A stretch of 63,731 nucleotides of DNA, counting the filler, from Choristocarpus tenellus KU-1152 (Eukaryota; Protista; Phaeophyceae), in assembly GCA_964200185.2 (NCBI GenBank). It is 6 parts of 6 records of this genome, joined end to end, with 100 filler letters (N's around TTAATTAATTAA, not from the genome) between each part and the next. Parts side by side here need not be neighbours in the genome. Positions count along the whole stretch, not along the records: positions 18,936 to 34,688 come from CAXNAD020000934.1; positions 34,789 to 43,987 come from CAXNAD020003888.1; 4 more parts are not named here. One strand, written 5' to 3'. Positions 26,701-38,806 of the stretch are shown one piece after another. The position numbers were made by a program, and so were the translations under genes. The notes under the pieces are model-generated. The model made no database searches and was not told where the DNA came from. It worked only from the letters and a program-made list of their open reading frames with translations. The number at the start of each line of letters is the position of its first letter. Within the stretch, counting starts at the first letter, position 1.

Positions 26701-29700
26701 AATTGCAACATTGGATTTTGACCCCCAAATGGACGCGGCCCTACCCTCTAAGATACTTTGGCTCAAACCTTGTGGTGTTTTGTCCATATCTGGTGAAGGC
26801 ATTTTGGATCAAGAGAAATGTATACATAATTTGTACTGTATCTATTTGGTGCATGTGAGATATACTGTGGCAACTGATGTATCAATAGATACAGTCAGGG
26901 GGGTCAACAAGGTATGTGTATCTTGCTGGTGAGAAAAATGCCGACTTGGTATATGTTGTACACATACTACAAAATTATTTCAGTTGTACAAGCTTTGCAG
27001 GGAAGGGGTCGTTTGGGGATAGGATTGATACCACTTTGGTCTTGTTTGGCATCTCTTCTCTCTAATTATCTCAATCTCTCTCTCTATTTCCTAAGGTTAT
27101 TGAATGCTACACAAGGACTTCCTTTCATACATCCAGATTCACCTTTAATATATGGAAATATGAGTATTCGATACTCTTTCCCTTATCATTTTGTTTTAAT
27201 CAGTGCACATGCCACTACGTGGAATGCGCGTCTATTCAAGAATCAATTTCACTGCTACTTTAGCGTGACTATTTTCACTGAGGTAACAATGTGCTCGGCA
27301 CTACTGTGTTTTGACTCCTTTTTTCAATGAACTCACTTCATCTGTGGGATATCTGTCTATTATATGTAGTCACCCCACCACCCTCACCTCCCCCCATCCC
27401 TTGTCACAAAACCTTTGTACAGAAAATACAATATGTTGTGGAGATGATTACATTCCGCATAAATAGTAACAAGTTTCTTCAAAGCTCCAAGATTCCACTG
27501 TACTACTGCTTTTCAAATGATAAAATAATCAAGATAATAACATATAAAAATGCAGAGATATCCTTTGTAACTGTCCTCTCCCAGGTAGAGCTGGACGAGT
27601 CCTATGTGCTTGCTCTCCGTGCCTGGAGGGAGAGGAGGACACAGAAGCTGTGTGGGACACCACCAAGTCAGTCTCTCATTGGTGGTGGGTCCCAGGAGCA
27701 GGTAGGGAATGGGTTGTTTTGCATGACCCCAAACTGTGCACGTGTACCTGTTGCAATAGTGTCACTACTATGGAAAACATATTTTGCATGGCTTGATGTT
27801 GTTTTCATTTACTTTTTTTGCTTGTTGAAGAAGAGGAATGCTTCTTTTTTTTCAAACGTTCATTCATAGTCGGTTCTTGATTGGCCTGTGATAGGCCTCA
27901 CCATATGGAATACTCATACATTATTTTGTGTATGATACTGGGCTAGTATGGTTGTTATGGTAGATGAGAGGCTGTTGCTCTTGTGGGGCTCATGTTTCAC
28001 TTTGCAGCGGAAGTTTAACCAGGCAGCGAATTCATTACCAATTGACTGCTAAAGTTGCTGTATTTCGTTTTAGTAAAGCTGACGATCTAATGTTGGTGCA
28101 CGTCCCCCTCTTCCCTCTCCCCCCTCTTGACATTGCAGTCAAAGCACCTCTATCTGCCACTATCATGATCCCCACAACTTTTACAGTATAGGTACAGCTA
28201 TCACTACTTTGTGATTCCGTTTTCCTCGCTTAACAACTTCCTTCTACCACCCCCTCCCCCTCCCCGATTCATTGGTAATGCCTTCTCTTCTCCTCTCAGG
28301 GCACCAAAGATCCCAAGCCCCAAAGCAGCTTTCTGTTGACTGTCTCCTGCACTGAGAGTCGCATGTTCTCCACTGAAACCCTGGGGATCGCCACCCTCCC
28401 TGGTAACCAGCTCACTGAACACCCACTTGAGGTACATGTTGTGCTGCACAGAGTAGAGGCAAGAAGGGAGAGGAGAGGGAATCTCACAAACGACACTAAA
28501 TTTAGTATAATCAGGTTCTACTCTTGTCCTGAGGGTGTGCTAGGAAGCATTAAGCAAGGATCCCCAAAAAACAGAAATCTGGACCCAATGCCCTAAGTAG
28601 AGTTTCTGGAGGCCTGTTAGGGGAAGGGCAGGAGGGGAGGTATTCTAATGTTAATTCGCACTGCAAACCTGCACAGTAAAAATATTGGAAATTCGATTCC
28701 AGGGGAAGGTGCAGTTTGCCAGGATCACCGTGTGCAACCGGTGGACGCTTCCTTGCCATGTGAACTACTCTGTTCAAACAAGGATAAAGGACAGCCCCAG
28801 TGTTATTTCAACCCTCACGGCACTGAACCTTAGAACATATTAGAGATCATTAAACGTGAAGGGTGAGGGGTCCAAGAAGGATAGAGTCATTTCGTCATTG
28901 AATATTTTATTCCATTTAGAAAAAACTAAATTACTTGTAATAGACATCTTTCCGAAATAATTTCCTAGACTTCAGGGTATAAAAATTGTATTTGAGAGGT
29001 TTTAATAAATCTTCAAATAAATTATGACAAATTCTAAGAGTGACTTGAAAGACGAATCAGGTCTGCCGATGCTACAAGAGTTTTGGGACAGCTGCGGGTG
29101 CTGCTGCAGGCCATTTCGAAGCACATAAAAGGGGCAAGCTGCGCAAAAAGACCCCTACATTGCGTCCTTACCTTCCCAATATGTGGCGACTCCATCTTGC
29201 TTTACTTTGCTTGGGAGGAAGGAGCCCTCCTGTACCTGTATTTTATCTGTGCTTTCTTGCCTTCAGAAAGACACCTAAGACTCAGAAGGCCTAGGAAGTG
29301 TCCTTTTGTACTTCAAAATGAGAACACTGCTGCACTAGTGTTTATTGAAACGCTCTGGCGTCCTCTATAGGTACCTGAGGCAATCCTGCTCTTTGACACT
29401 CTGTAGCACAACAATGTGCTTTGAATTGCTACATGGTGCTCTGTAGAATTACAGACCTCTTGTGCTTGCTTCTTGTATCAGACTGAGAGGGCAGAGCAGG
29501 GGTGGATCAGTTCAAAAATTCCCATCAGTGGGGGTAAGAAAGAATTAAGAAGGGAAGTCTACAGAAAATTGTTTGCTGGGGATTTCTTATAGCCATGTGC
29601 CCTGTTGTGAACTCTATTTTGAATATTCATTTCCAAGTCAAACCTGTACCCAATCCACTCTACAACCCACCCCAACCAGTACCCAACATACATGCTTGGA

Positions 29701-32700
29701 AGTGTATATGACCCAACCAAACTTAACCCAGCCTTGCCTGTGCTGTGACCTGTGACATTTGTTGATGCCCTCATTGACTCTTCTGGTATACTGCATATAT
29801 ACTTTCCTTTCTCGTTCATGCATGCATGCATGTATATGTATATGTATATGTGTGTGGTGGTAGAGCAGGTGTGCGAGCACAAGTGCGTTCTCTTTGCACT
29901 CCCATCGCTGCCCAAATTCTGGAGAGAAGCTAGAGCTGCCGAGGCAATTGCAGAAGCAGCAGCAAGACAGCCCCGAGAGATCACGCTGCAGACTGTATTT
30001 GTGCCCCCGGGTCATGACAGTAAGTACGTTTTAGTACTAAAATACATTGGGGAGAGGGGGGTTGTTTATTAGATTAGTTTGATCGATTTCCCTCTATTTC
30101 CCCCCTGGACAATTGAGATTATTGTACTTAGTATGCAGCATGCACTAGTATGTGAGCAACACTCATCCTCCCCTCCTCACACACACTCTTACATGCAGCC
30201 GGTTGACAACTTTACCCTGATACTCCACCTCCTACATGCTTCGCACTGAAGTTACCTTTGGTGAGCAGAAGCTCGAGGCTTTGGGGGTACTCCATGCTGC
30301 ACTGTCTTGTCCTAACAAGGCTACAGCAGAAGTGATGACGCCTCCAGGGTTCTTGAAAACTTCACTGAGAATGGGCAAGTGGGGCACTAGTAGACACAAC
30401 CTCAATGCCATTGGTCTCTCTGATGGTCTCTCCGATGGGAGTGAGTATTATCAAGAGGGGGAAGTGGAAGAAAACAAAGGGGAGGTGTTAGATAAGTCCT
30501 CTCGCAGAGGGGCACACCCAGGAGCTGACCACAGTCCCAGCCCAAGCAAGCAGGCAGTGTTGCCCAGGAGGACTCTGGATATGGGAGCACATAGATCGCA
30601 GGTATTTTCTTTGCTATATATTTTTCTGTCCTTTGCAGTCTCCCTCCTCACACCTGAAAATTCTCTTGCTCTACCATACTGTCCCTCCCTACCTTGGTTA
30701 TTTTTGAGTTGTTGGGCAATCTTGACTTATCTTTGGGGTGTAGTGAGGAGTGAGAGGGAGAAGGTAGGGAGGGGAGGGTTAAGGGGCAGAACACACCGTC
30801 AGGAAGAAGAACAAACTAAGAGAAGGTGAGCTTTAGGTGATGTTGTAGTCGGGGATGGGCGAGGGCTATCTGGAGACAGATAGCACGTTCTGTTTCAAAT
30901 CGTTGTTTGTCACCAAAATGTGCAGTCTCCTCTCTTCAGCTTTTCCTTGAGAGTATGATGACATTATAGCTTTGCATCAAGGGTGTTTCTGATGCAGTGT
31001 AAGAGCGGTGGAAATATACAGCATTATAGTCGAGGCCAGGTCAACTATGCCTTTTGTGACTATGATACTTCTGCCTCGTGTCCTCACATATTGTAGGGGT
31101 ATTATTGGTTTTGCTGAAGTAAAGAACAGTTAGAATACTTTGTTTCCGTTTTGATGACATGTCTCCCTTTCATTTCGGTAACTGGTAATACTACTACGAA
31201 ACTATTGATAATACGATGCAGCCTGGCTCATGAGCGCCATTGATAGAACAACCATGTAGACCAGAAAAATATCATAAATCTGTTGTACAAGGGCCAGCGC
31301 TGCTTTTGATCAATTCTGCATTGCCATGCTCTTGGTCTTGAGGCATATCACTTAAGAGGGTAACCTGTGGTTAGACTAAGCCTCCCTGATGTATCAAACG
31401 AAAGCTAACATATTGTACATGTTCACTTTATTTAGCCTATATTATCCTCCTACCAATGTCATATTCTCCTTCCATTTCATCCTCTCTTCTCCTGAAAAAC
31501 TAATTTTATCTGGAGTAAAGGAAGGGTACACTGCATGTCGGCCGCGGACATCGATCAAACAACTACCAAAAAGGTCCAAATCGTGACTCCAAGATAATAT
31601 GATTCCACATGTATTCTTCTCAATCGTTCCCACCTTACCCCCTCCAACCCCACTTGTGAACCAAATTGAACAACAATTACAACAACAAACATTTCACTAC
31701 AATTCTAATGGTAAAGGTGCTGAGCATCAACGACCTCTTGAATGAATCAGGCTCGCTCAGAATGGGGTTCACTCCTCAAATATCAGCTCCGCAGGTGGCA
31801 GAAAACTTGGGTGCCTTGATGTTCCCCATTTTTCTCCTTCCTAGGCGTCGACTCACCCTGGGTGTGAGTGTTGTAGGGGAAGCCCGCCTCACAACCACTA
31901 TCAACTCCATTTTGGTAGCAAGCAATGTAAAAGCTCAAGGGGATAACTTAAGGGCAAGCGGTACAGGACTTTCCAGTGTGCTAAAGGGGTCCCAAGGGGC
32001 GTGCAAGAGAGAGGGTGCTGAGGAGTGGACTGACAAAGAGAAGGATAGTGCGTCTCAGGAGAGGGATAGGAGTGGGGCACCAGTAAGTAGTGATGCAATG
32101 GTGCCCCTTGTGGAAGTTGTACTCAACAATATTGAGGCAGGACTTGATGCCGATGTCACTGGTAGACAGGTAAGTAGAAGTTGGTGCACCAGATCAATTA
32201 GCAGAGGAGGGGCAATTGTTGGCAGGAAGAGCAGTAGAAAAACCATTTGATGGTTGAGGGATAAGAGAACTAGTCACCGGGTGGTGGTTTTTTTTTGTCA
32301 TAGAATTTTGCTGGGTGCAAGTCAGGACGGATGAGGAGATGCCCTGTGGGTGTCAGAGAATGGGAAAGGGAGATGGACTGAGGAGGACGGGGGTCAAGAG
32401 GGGTCAGGGGAGGGAGGAGTTGTCTGGGGAAGGCTGACAAATTTCATGGACACTTTAACAAGATGAAGCAGGAAAAATAAAATTCGACACAAACATAGCA
32501 GGGTTAGTGACTGCTTCACACCAATTTCAAAGATCTCCTGCAACCTCCTCCCCCCCTCCCCCCCCCGAGAGATACTGATTTCTATTTCACTAGAGAACAG
32601 GGAGTGTTTTCTTGTGTACTGTGTTTCCTGCCTGTCTTACTTTTTCCTGTTGATCTCGTTTTTGGACTACAGGTAAATGTTCATTTCGACATAGACATGG

Positions 32701-34092
32701 TCGAGATCACTGATCACATCATTTTCCTGGGGACAGAGAACACTGTCCTCCAAACACCATCGAACTCTCAACCAAGGGTCAATGAGAACAAGCAGCTTAG
32801 CAATTTTGTAGGCGAGGAGGGTAGTGGTGGATTTGGTGGTCTAAGTCATCAGAGTCGATACCTTCGTATCAAACGCAAACGGAGAGGTGGAGAAGGTGGG
32901 TGGGTGGGCAGCAATCTCGCCACAGGAGCGACTCAGGTTGTGCGTGTGGGGCCTGTTGCCTTTGCAGTTCAAGGAAAATGTCCAGTTGGAGAGGAGGCAG
33001 TTTGTGGGAGGAGGAGAACATCTGAGGAGGAAGAGGAAATTGAGGAGAGTGGGGAAACTGGAGGAGAACAGAATGATGGGGAATTTGAACACTCACCAGT
33101 GAGCAAATATCACCTCGTACTTAGTATTGTTAGTACTCTGCAGTATAATCTTATTCGTGGGGGAGGGGGGGGGTACATTGGGTTTGAGGACATAGTGAAA
33201 GGCAATATGTATGTAATGGGACCACATGGGGTGAGAGAGGTGTTGTTGCATTTAACTGCTCTTGTGATGTCAGAAATGATGTGGTGGTGCTGGACTAATG
33301 AAACTCTGTTCAGATGGGAGGACGAGGGTGGGGAAGGGAGCATGCCTAAGGAATGTTAATCTTGTTTGGTGCAAGGAGTTTTTCTCATTGATGAAGGTTC
33401 TGAATCAAACAAGAGAATAACAGAACAAACTTGAATCAATATGTGATGCAACTCAAGTGACACATACTATCCCCGTGTGTAGAATACAGAGCGACTGTTC
33501 TGTGTCAGATTATCTTAGAGGGTAGAGTCGTGTCCGCTTGGGGGCCAAAATCCGATGTTGCGGTTTTGATGTAATCTTGGCTATCGTGTTGGTTAGGAAG
33601 CGACCATATCCTTGTTCCAGACACACCCTTTCATAGAGTAGGAATTTTACCTATTCTAAAATGTTTTGGAGTAGGTAAAATGTCAGAATAAACCCATGGG
33701 AAGCCAAGCCCCAAGCGGACAAACAGGGTAAAACTTGTACCCTCTAAGATACTTTCATTCTTCCTTGATTTCCAATGATAAGACTATGTCTAATTTAGAG
33801 CTTATGTGTAGTAGTTACGGCAACTGTACAGATTTATTTGATGAACTGCAGTGTAGAATATGTCTCTCTATGCTGCAAGACAGATTGTTCAGTGGCCAGC
33901 TCTAACCCTCTTGACCCCCTCCCCACACCATCTACTTTCCTACCTTCGTTGTACCGTAAGAACAGGAAAGACCTGAAGATGTCCTCCTTCAGCCTGTTAC
34001 CCTCACAGGACGCACCACCAGGGAAATATTGGACTTCTGGAGTGCTTGGGCCTTCCTCAGAAGCTGGACCTGGTCCGGGAATGCCCGTATAG
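19708..34092 (+). CDS. Multi-exon protein with a C2-like domain and low-complexity regions (5'-partial, unknown function)
   Basis: Putative exons 19708-19779, 21786-22226, 23124-23203, 26251-26319, 27585-27701, 28300-28431, 29869-30019, 30252-30601, 32673-33098, 34009-34092 (TAG). From 23124 onward all junctions are GT-AG and phase-compatible; the phase mismatch before 23124 implies a missing exon or other donor. YHWGQTFRLQVEL and FLLTVSCTESRMFSTETLGIATLPGNQL resemble C2-domain strands. Confidence 0.65.
20276..20522 (-). mobile_element. MITE-like family A, copy 2
   Basis: Reverse-oriented match to 13740-14001 (gagtgaaagtatct ... ctaccctcaaagatactttggctc), with a small deletion at one TIR. 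Confidence 0.85.
21481..21654 (+). mobile_element. Short MITE-like family B (about 175 bp), related to family A
   Basis: gagtcaaagtatctggcgggggggg..gtccatttg ... caaatggac..accccccccc agatactttgg. Shares the outer TIR and subterminal repeat with family A but lacks the central hairpin; flanks TCA/TCA. Confidence 0.7.
26508..26764 (-). mobile_element. MITE-like family A, copy 3
   Basis: gagtgaaagcatcttagagggta ... taccctctaagatactttggctc; flanks AAA/AAA. Confidence 0.85.
33502..33760 (+). mobile_element. MITE-like family A, copy 4
   Basis: tatcttagagggta ... taccctctaagatactttcattc, with the same core and hairpin. Confidence 0.85.
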
Positions 34093-34312
34093 GGGGCTAC
34101 CGAGCATCATTGGGCAAAGAACCCCAGCAATCGTACAGCATGGAATTGGAGAAGGTGTGGAGATTAGATTAACCAATATCCAGGTTTGTTGTGGATCTCT
34201 GCAGCTATATTTGTAGGTTGTATTTTCTCTGTTTACATCCCTGTGATAATACTGGCTTTGACTCTTCAACCTGCCCCCCCCCACCTGTTATCCTACACAA
34301 GACCCACCTCCT

Positions 34313-34570
34313 GAGTGAAGGTATCTTAGAGGGTACGAGTTTTGCCCTATTTGTCCGTTTGGGGCTTGGCTTCCCAAATATTTTTTATGACATTTTACCT
34401 ACTCTGAAATGTTACAGAATAGGTAAAATGTATACGTTATGAAAAGGTGTGTCCGAACAAGGATATTGACACTTCCTAATAAACACGATAACCAAAATTA
34501 CATCAAAATCACAACATTGGATTTTGGGCTCCAAATGGACGCCACTCTAACCTCAAAGATACTTTGACTC
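34313..34570 (-). mobile_element. MITE-like family A, copy 5
   Basis: gagtgaaggtatcttagagggta ... aacctcaaagatactttgactc; flanks TCCT/TCCT. Confidence 0.85.
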
Positions 34571-34628
34571 TCCTTCTTGTTGCAATACTGAAATTGCTAT
34601 AAACTTAGTAATGCTGTGTTGAATGTTG

Positions 34629-34688
34629 GGCTCAAAGTATCTGAGGGGGGGGGGGTGGCGTCTGTCCATTTGAGGTCAATGTTTTCCA
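34629..34688 (+). mobile_element. MITE-like family B, partial copy truncated by the contig end
   Basis: ctcaaagtatctgagggggg...gtggcgtctgtccatttgaggtcaat matches 21481-21530. Confidence 0.65.
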
Positions 34689-34788
34689 NNNNNNNNNNNN
34701 NNNNNNNNNNNNNNNNNNNNNNNNNNNNNNNNTTAATTAATTAANNNNNNNNNNNNNNNNNNNNNNNNNNNNNNNNNNNNNNNNNNNN
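34689..34788. other. Artificial contig-joining linker
   Basis: N-run/TTAATTAATTAA/N-run. Confidence 0.95.
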
Positions 34789-34828
34789 CTGTTGTGGTGT
34801 ATTACTATCACCCCACCAACCAACACCC

Positions 34829-37800
34829 TCACAGGATGCGACTCCCCATAGCTGAAGCCACAGCTACCAGTCCAAGCTGCACTGTTTCTGAAGCGGCTGT
34901 GGCATTTGCTAGATCAGCATTGACCTCAACCAGGTCCATTGAACCCAGTACACCTGTCTCTGCAGATGCTTCTGCAACATAGAGTATTTCCCGGTAATTG
35001 AGACCACCACGTACAACAGTCCCAGTTGCTGGAGCCACCTATATATTCCACATATGGGACATTATTAGGAACAGTGGCAAGAGCTACATTTTTGTAGGCA
35101 TGGGTCTGTGGGGGGATGGAGATTTTGGTGGGTAGGGAAGTGAAGGTGAGACATTGTGTATTGCAGTAGATCTAATCAAGATGCCCTCGCTTGCCTTACC
35201 TGGTCTCATTGAAAGATCAGATTTTAGCAATTTGTTTTCAATTCCAATTATTGAACTTGCCTTGGGTAGTATTAGTATTCTATCAAAAGCGCACCCACCT
35301 ACTCTCTATTTCACTTCGAAAAGGTTCAAATGTGTGTCCATCAACAGGATCTTGTGGCAAGGGAGCATCTCTTATCACATCCACACTTGTCACACAAAGG
35401 AGTTCTTATCAAGGTTAATCATGATGGTCCGGCAGTTCACAAAATATACTTGAAGACTCAATAAAATGCAGTGCAATAAATTGTTCTATTTTTATGCAGA
35501 GTCTACAGAATAGTTTACCCCCTGCACATTTTGAACATAATTTATAAATATATATTGATATTAATATATTAAATAAAGCAGTAGAAAGCATCAGAAAACT
35601 ATGAATATCACATATGCTGAAATAAGTCAATTACTCCTGCACTGAACTGTACTATATTTAACCCACTATTTTTAGAAGCAGTGTGGCAAGTACTGTAAAC
35701 TGCAGATTGGGTGCTGTAGGTGTTCAAGTGTTAAGTGTTCAAGTGTTACAGAACAGGAATCGTAACCTACCTGTGGGTCCACGCTGTCAATATCCATCGA
35801 CAGATGAAGCGGATGAGAGCCATCCTTGCAAAGAGACTCTAGTGCAAGTTCCATTACCCGTCCAATACCAAGGCGGTCCACATCCTGAAATAAAACCACA
35901 ATGGTATGTGCAAGGCAAGCGAACTAATGAATGTATATCTCTTACCTGTTACGAATATTATCACTTACAGCTTACCACTTACCACTTACCACTAGTATCT
36001 TCCTGTTCTTAGTGTTGATATTGGATTATGTGATGTGGACATACAATTTGGGTATGGAGAGGCACAACTGGTCAGTCCCAAGCACAGCAACTCCTTTAAA
36101 TTTTCAAAAACGAAATTGCATGTCTTCTGTTCCTTGTCGAAGTACATGGTGAACACATGGACTGAGCACTTGACATCTCCCTTCTGTCCTTCCTACCATT
36201 TGTTTATACTATATCTTAACAGAGGTAACATTACTATTAGTAGTACTATTACACTGAAATACCGGCGGTGTTTTGAATTGAAAAAATATGAGCACAACAA
36301 ATAAATTAATTGAATAAAAAAATATCCATGTTCTGGAGAAATTAAAAGCAAAATTGCACAGTATACACAACCATGAGAAGAAAATGGACTAAATCAAGAC
36401 ATACTATTAACCGAGCACTACTACCTAGCTCTGTTTTCTGTTAAGGAAGCAGCAGCACAGTAAGGAGATTGATCGCACATACAGTTGCAAAAAAAAACTC
36501 TATCATAAGCACAAACTTGACAGCCTCTCACCATGTCCATTTGTAATCCATAGTGCCAAGACAATTTAACTTCTCACACAGAAGAACCCCCCCACACACT
36601 GGTGCAACCAAGCAGTCAACCAGGAGATATTGGTACCTACTGTATTAAGGTATTGATCTATGGATCCTCGGGATAAAGGTGCTGGGGTATTGAGGGAGTG
36701 GTTGTGCACCTGCATTGTTGAGGCGAACATGCCTCTTTCCTTTCTCAGTCTCCTCAAGATATCCCTCTCGTGGACATCCACATCACGGAGTCCAACATAC
36801 GCCAGTCGCTCAGGCTGCAGCAAAGGCACACGACCCAGGCCACCCCCATGCACCATCCAATCCAAACCTGGCACAGTACTAGGGTCGGCGATGCCCATCA
36901 GAAATGCTAGGGGCATCCCTGACAGAGCAAAAGATGGTGACATACACAAATAGATTACAAGAGGAGTGAGTTGTTGATAGTTGTTGATACAAATAATAAA
37001 AAAGAATGGGTTTCATCCCCTCTCGTGGTGCAGTACATGTAACACAACACATTTTTGTGTGTTGTTGGTGGGCCTCTTCCCAATGCCTGTTTAATTTGTT
37101 GGCAGAACCGACACACCTCAAAATATATCAAAGGGTGTTGCCATGGGAGGAAAGTTGCAGCATGCTTAACATAAACTTGACCAAAAAAATATTCACACCT
37201 ACTTGTTGCACAGTTGGCATGCCTACAATAATACATGTGGGGCATGGTGTCATGGGTTGAAATTAAATGGCGTGGTGACTGAAGCTCAATATATACAAAC
37301 ATCAATGTGCTCTGGAGAGTAATATTCCAGTGTAGGAGACAGTGCATGATATTGACCATTGCTAGCTTCAACATTAAAAAGAGGAAAGGAAGTCACTCTG
37401 AACAAAACGAAAGGAGATACTTGGAATGGTTCATGCATATTAATAACAGTTACATTACACCAGAAAGATAGGGCTATACATGTAGGCATGAGTACAATTG
37501 GAGGTATTAGTCATTCTAGCACACGCATCTCACAGATTCTGTGGGCACACCATGCATATTCCCAGAGGGTGATGATCTTGGTGTGTTCATGTCAGCATGA
37601 GCATCCACCCAAAGCACCCGTGACTCTGGACGAGCCCGAAGAATCCCCGCAACTGACCCCAGGGCAATGGAGTGGTCTCCTCCCAAGGTGAGTACGAATC
37701 GCCCCTGGGTAGCCTTAGCCTCCACAGCAGCAGCCAATCGCTGGCAGCCAGCACCTACTGCCTTACTGTGATGGGCAAAACCACCTGCGACTTCAGGGTC

Positions 37801-38591
37801 CGCCCCCCCCACTGGCCCTGTCATGTCCTGCGTAGGTAGGTGGGAACGGGACATGCATCACTTATACTTCGAAGTACCAGGGATCTCCATACGACAAAAT
37901 CCTGCAGGTCGATAAGACGAAAAAATTTCGCTTGGAGTTCAGACACGACATCATCAATGGTAAGTCGAACTCGTTACCTCCAGTAGTGACAGGGAGCACA
38001 GCTTACGATGAGCACAAGCTGGTTTATTTTTCAGAGTGGAAAGGAGCAAACTCACCACATCACCCGTCTCCTCCACTCTCCAACCCAATGCTGTCAGGCT
38101 ACGGTGTAGTCCGGCTTCGCGAATGAGCTGGGGCCCTTTGTCTGTCCCCTCCAGGGGCTGACCATATTGTCCAGGAGCACCGATTACTGCAGCCGTACGG
38201 GGTGAAGCAAGAAACTGCGGCCATCTAACCTTTTCCAAGGGTTAGGTCATAACAAGAGAAAGTTCACAGCAATACTTGTAATATTAATGAATTGTTGAAA
38301 ATGCGGTATTGGCAGGGTGAAGTCATCAAGATACCCAACCAAACACGAAGGACCAAACTACATTTATAGCGTGAAAAAAAAACTTACTCCGTCAAGATGG
38401 ACGTCGCAGAGCTGATCGATAGCACTCCGCACGCTCAAAGATCTTCCTCTCTCGTGAACAGTCGAAACCCACTTTCTTCCTGCATCAACTTCAATATTTC
38501 CTCGAGTACTCCCTGATATTCTCACAACTTTAGATCCCACCAATGGTGTTTGTTTAGATACAAAACGGCGGGAAGGATTCAGACAAGTCAT
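34829..38591 (-). CDS. ARG: Arginase (ureohydrolase family), complete 6-exon gene with an N-terminal presequence-like extension
   Basis: Exons (minus): 38591-38388, 38229-38056, 37827-37551, 36918-36710, 35884-35771, 35038-34829 (TGA), all GT-AG and in phase. Motifs GQPLEGTDKGP, LGGDHS, WVDAHADMNTP..SPSGNMHGMP, YVGLRDVD, HLSMDIDSVDP, APATGT.V.GGL..RE and MDLVEVN; the Mn-ligand motifs are intact. Confidence 0.97.
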
Positions 38592-38806
38592 TCTAGAATT
38601 GAGAAGAGAATTGAAGAGAGGGGTTCGTTCAAGCACCTGGTTGATGATGATCGATTGATGTTAAATGTTGCATGTTCATTGATGTTTTTCGATAGTCAAG
38701 TTTGCTGGTTGCAGCGGAATGTTTGTTTAACCAATGGTTCAACTCATAACCTATAGGGTTAGGGAAGTGCACCTCAAACTACATAATCGTGATTTATCTC
38801 CCACAC
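38592..38806. promoter_or_regulatory. Putative bidirectional promoter between arginase and the mTERF gene
   Basis: Predicted divergent ATGs at 38591 (minus) and 38807 (plus) are 215 bp apart. The gap contains a telo-box-like aacctatagggttaggg (about 38748-38764). Confidence 0.5.

Noticed and set aside
26711-26932. Recurrent peptide [16 protein letters not shown] in several short ORFs as a small-protein family
   Set aside because: It is simply translation of the MITE copies, and the frames are not preserved between copies.
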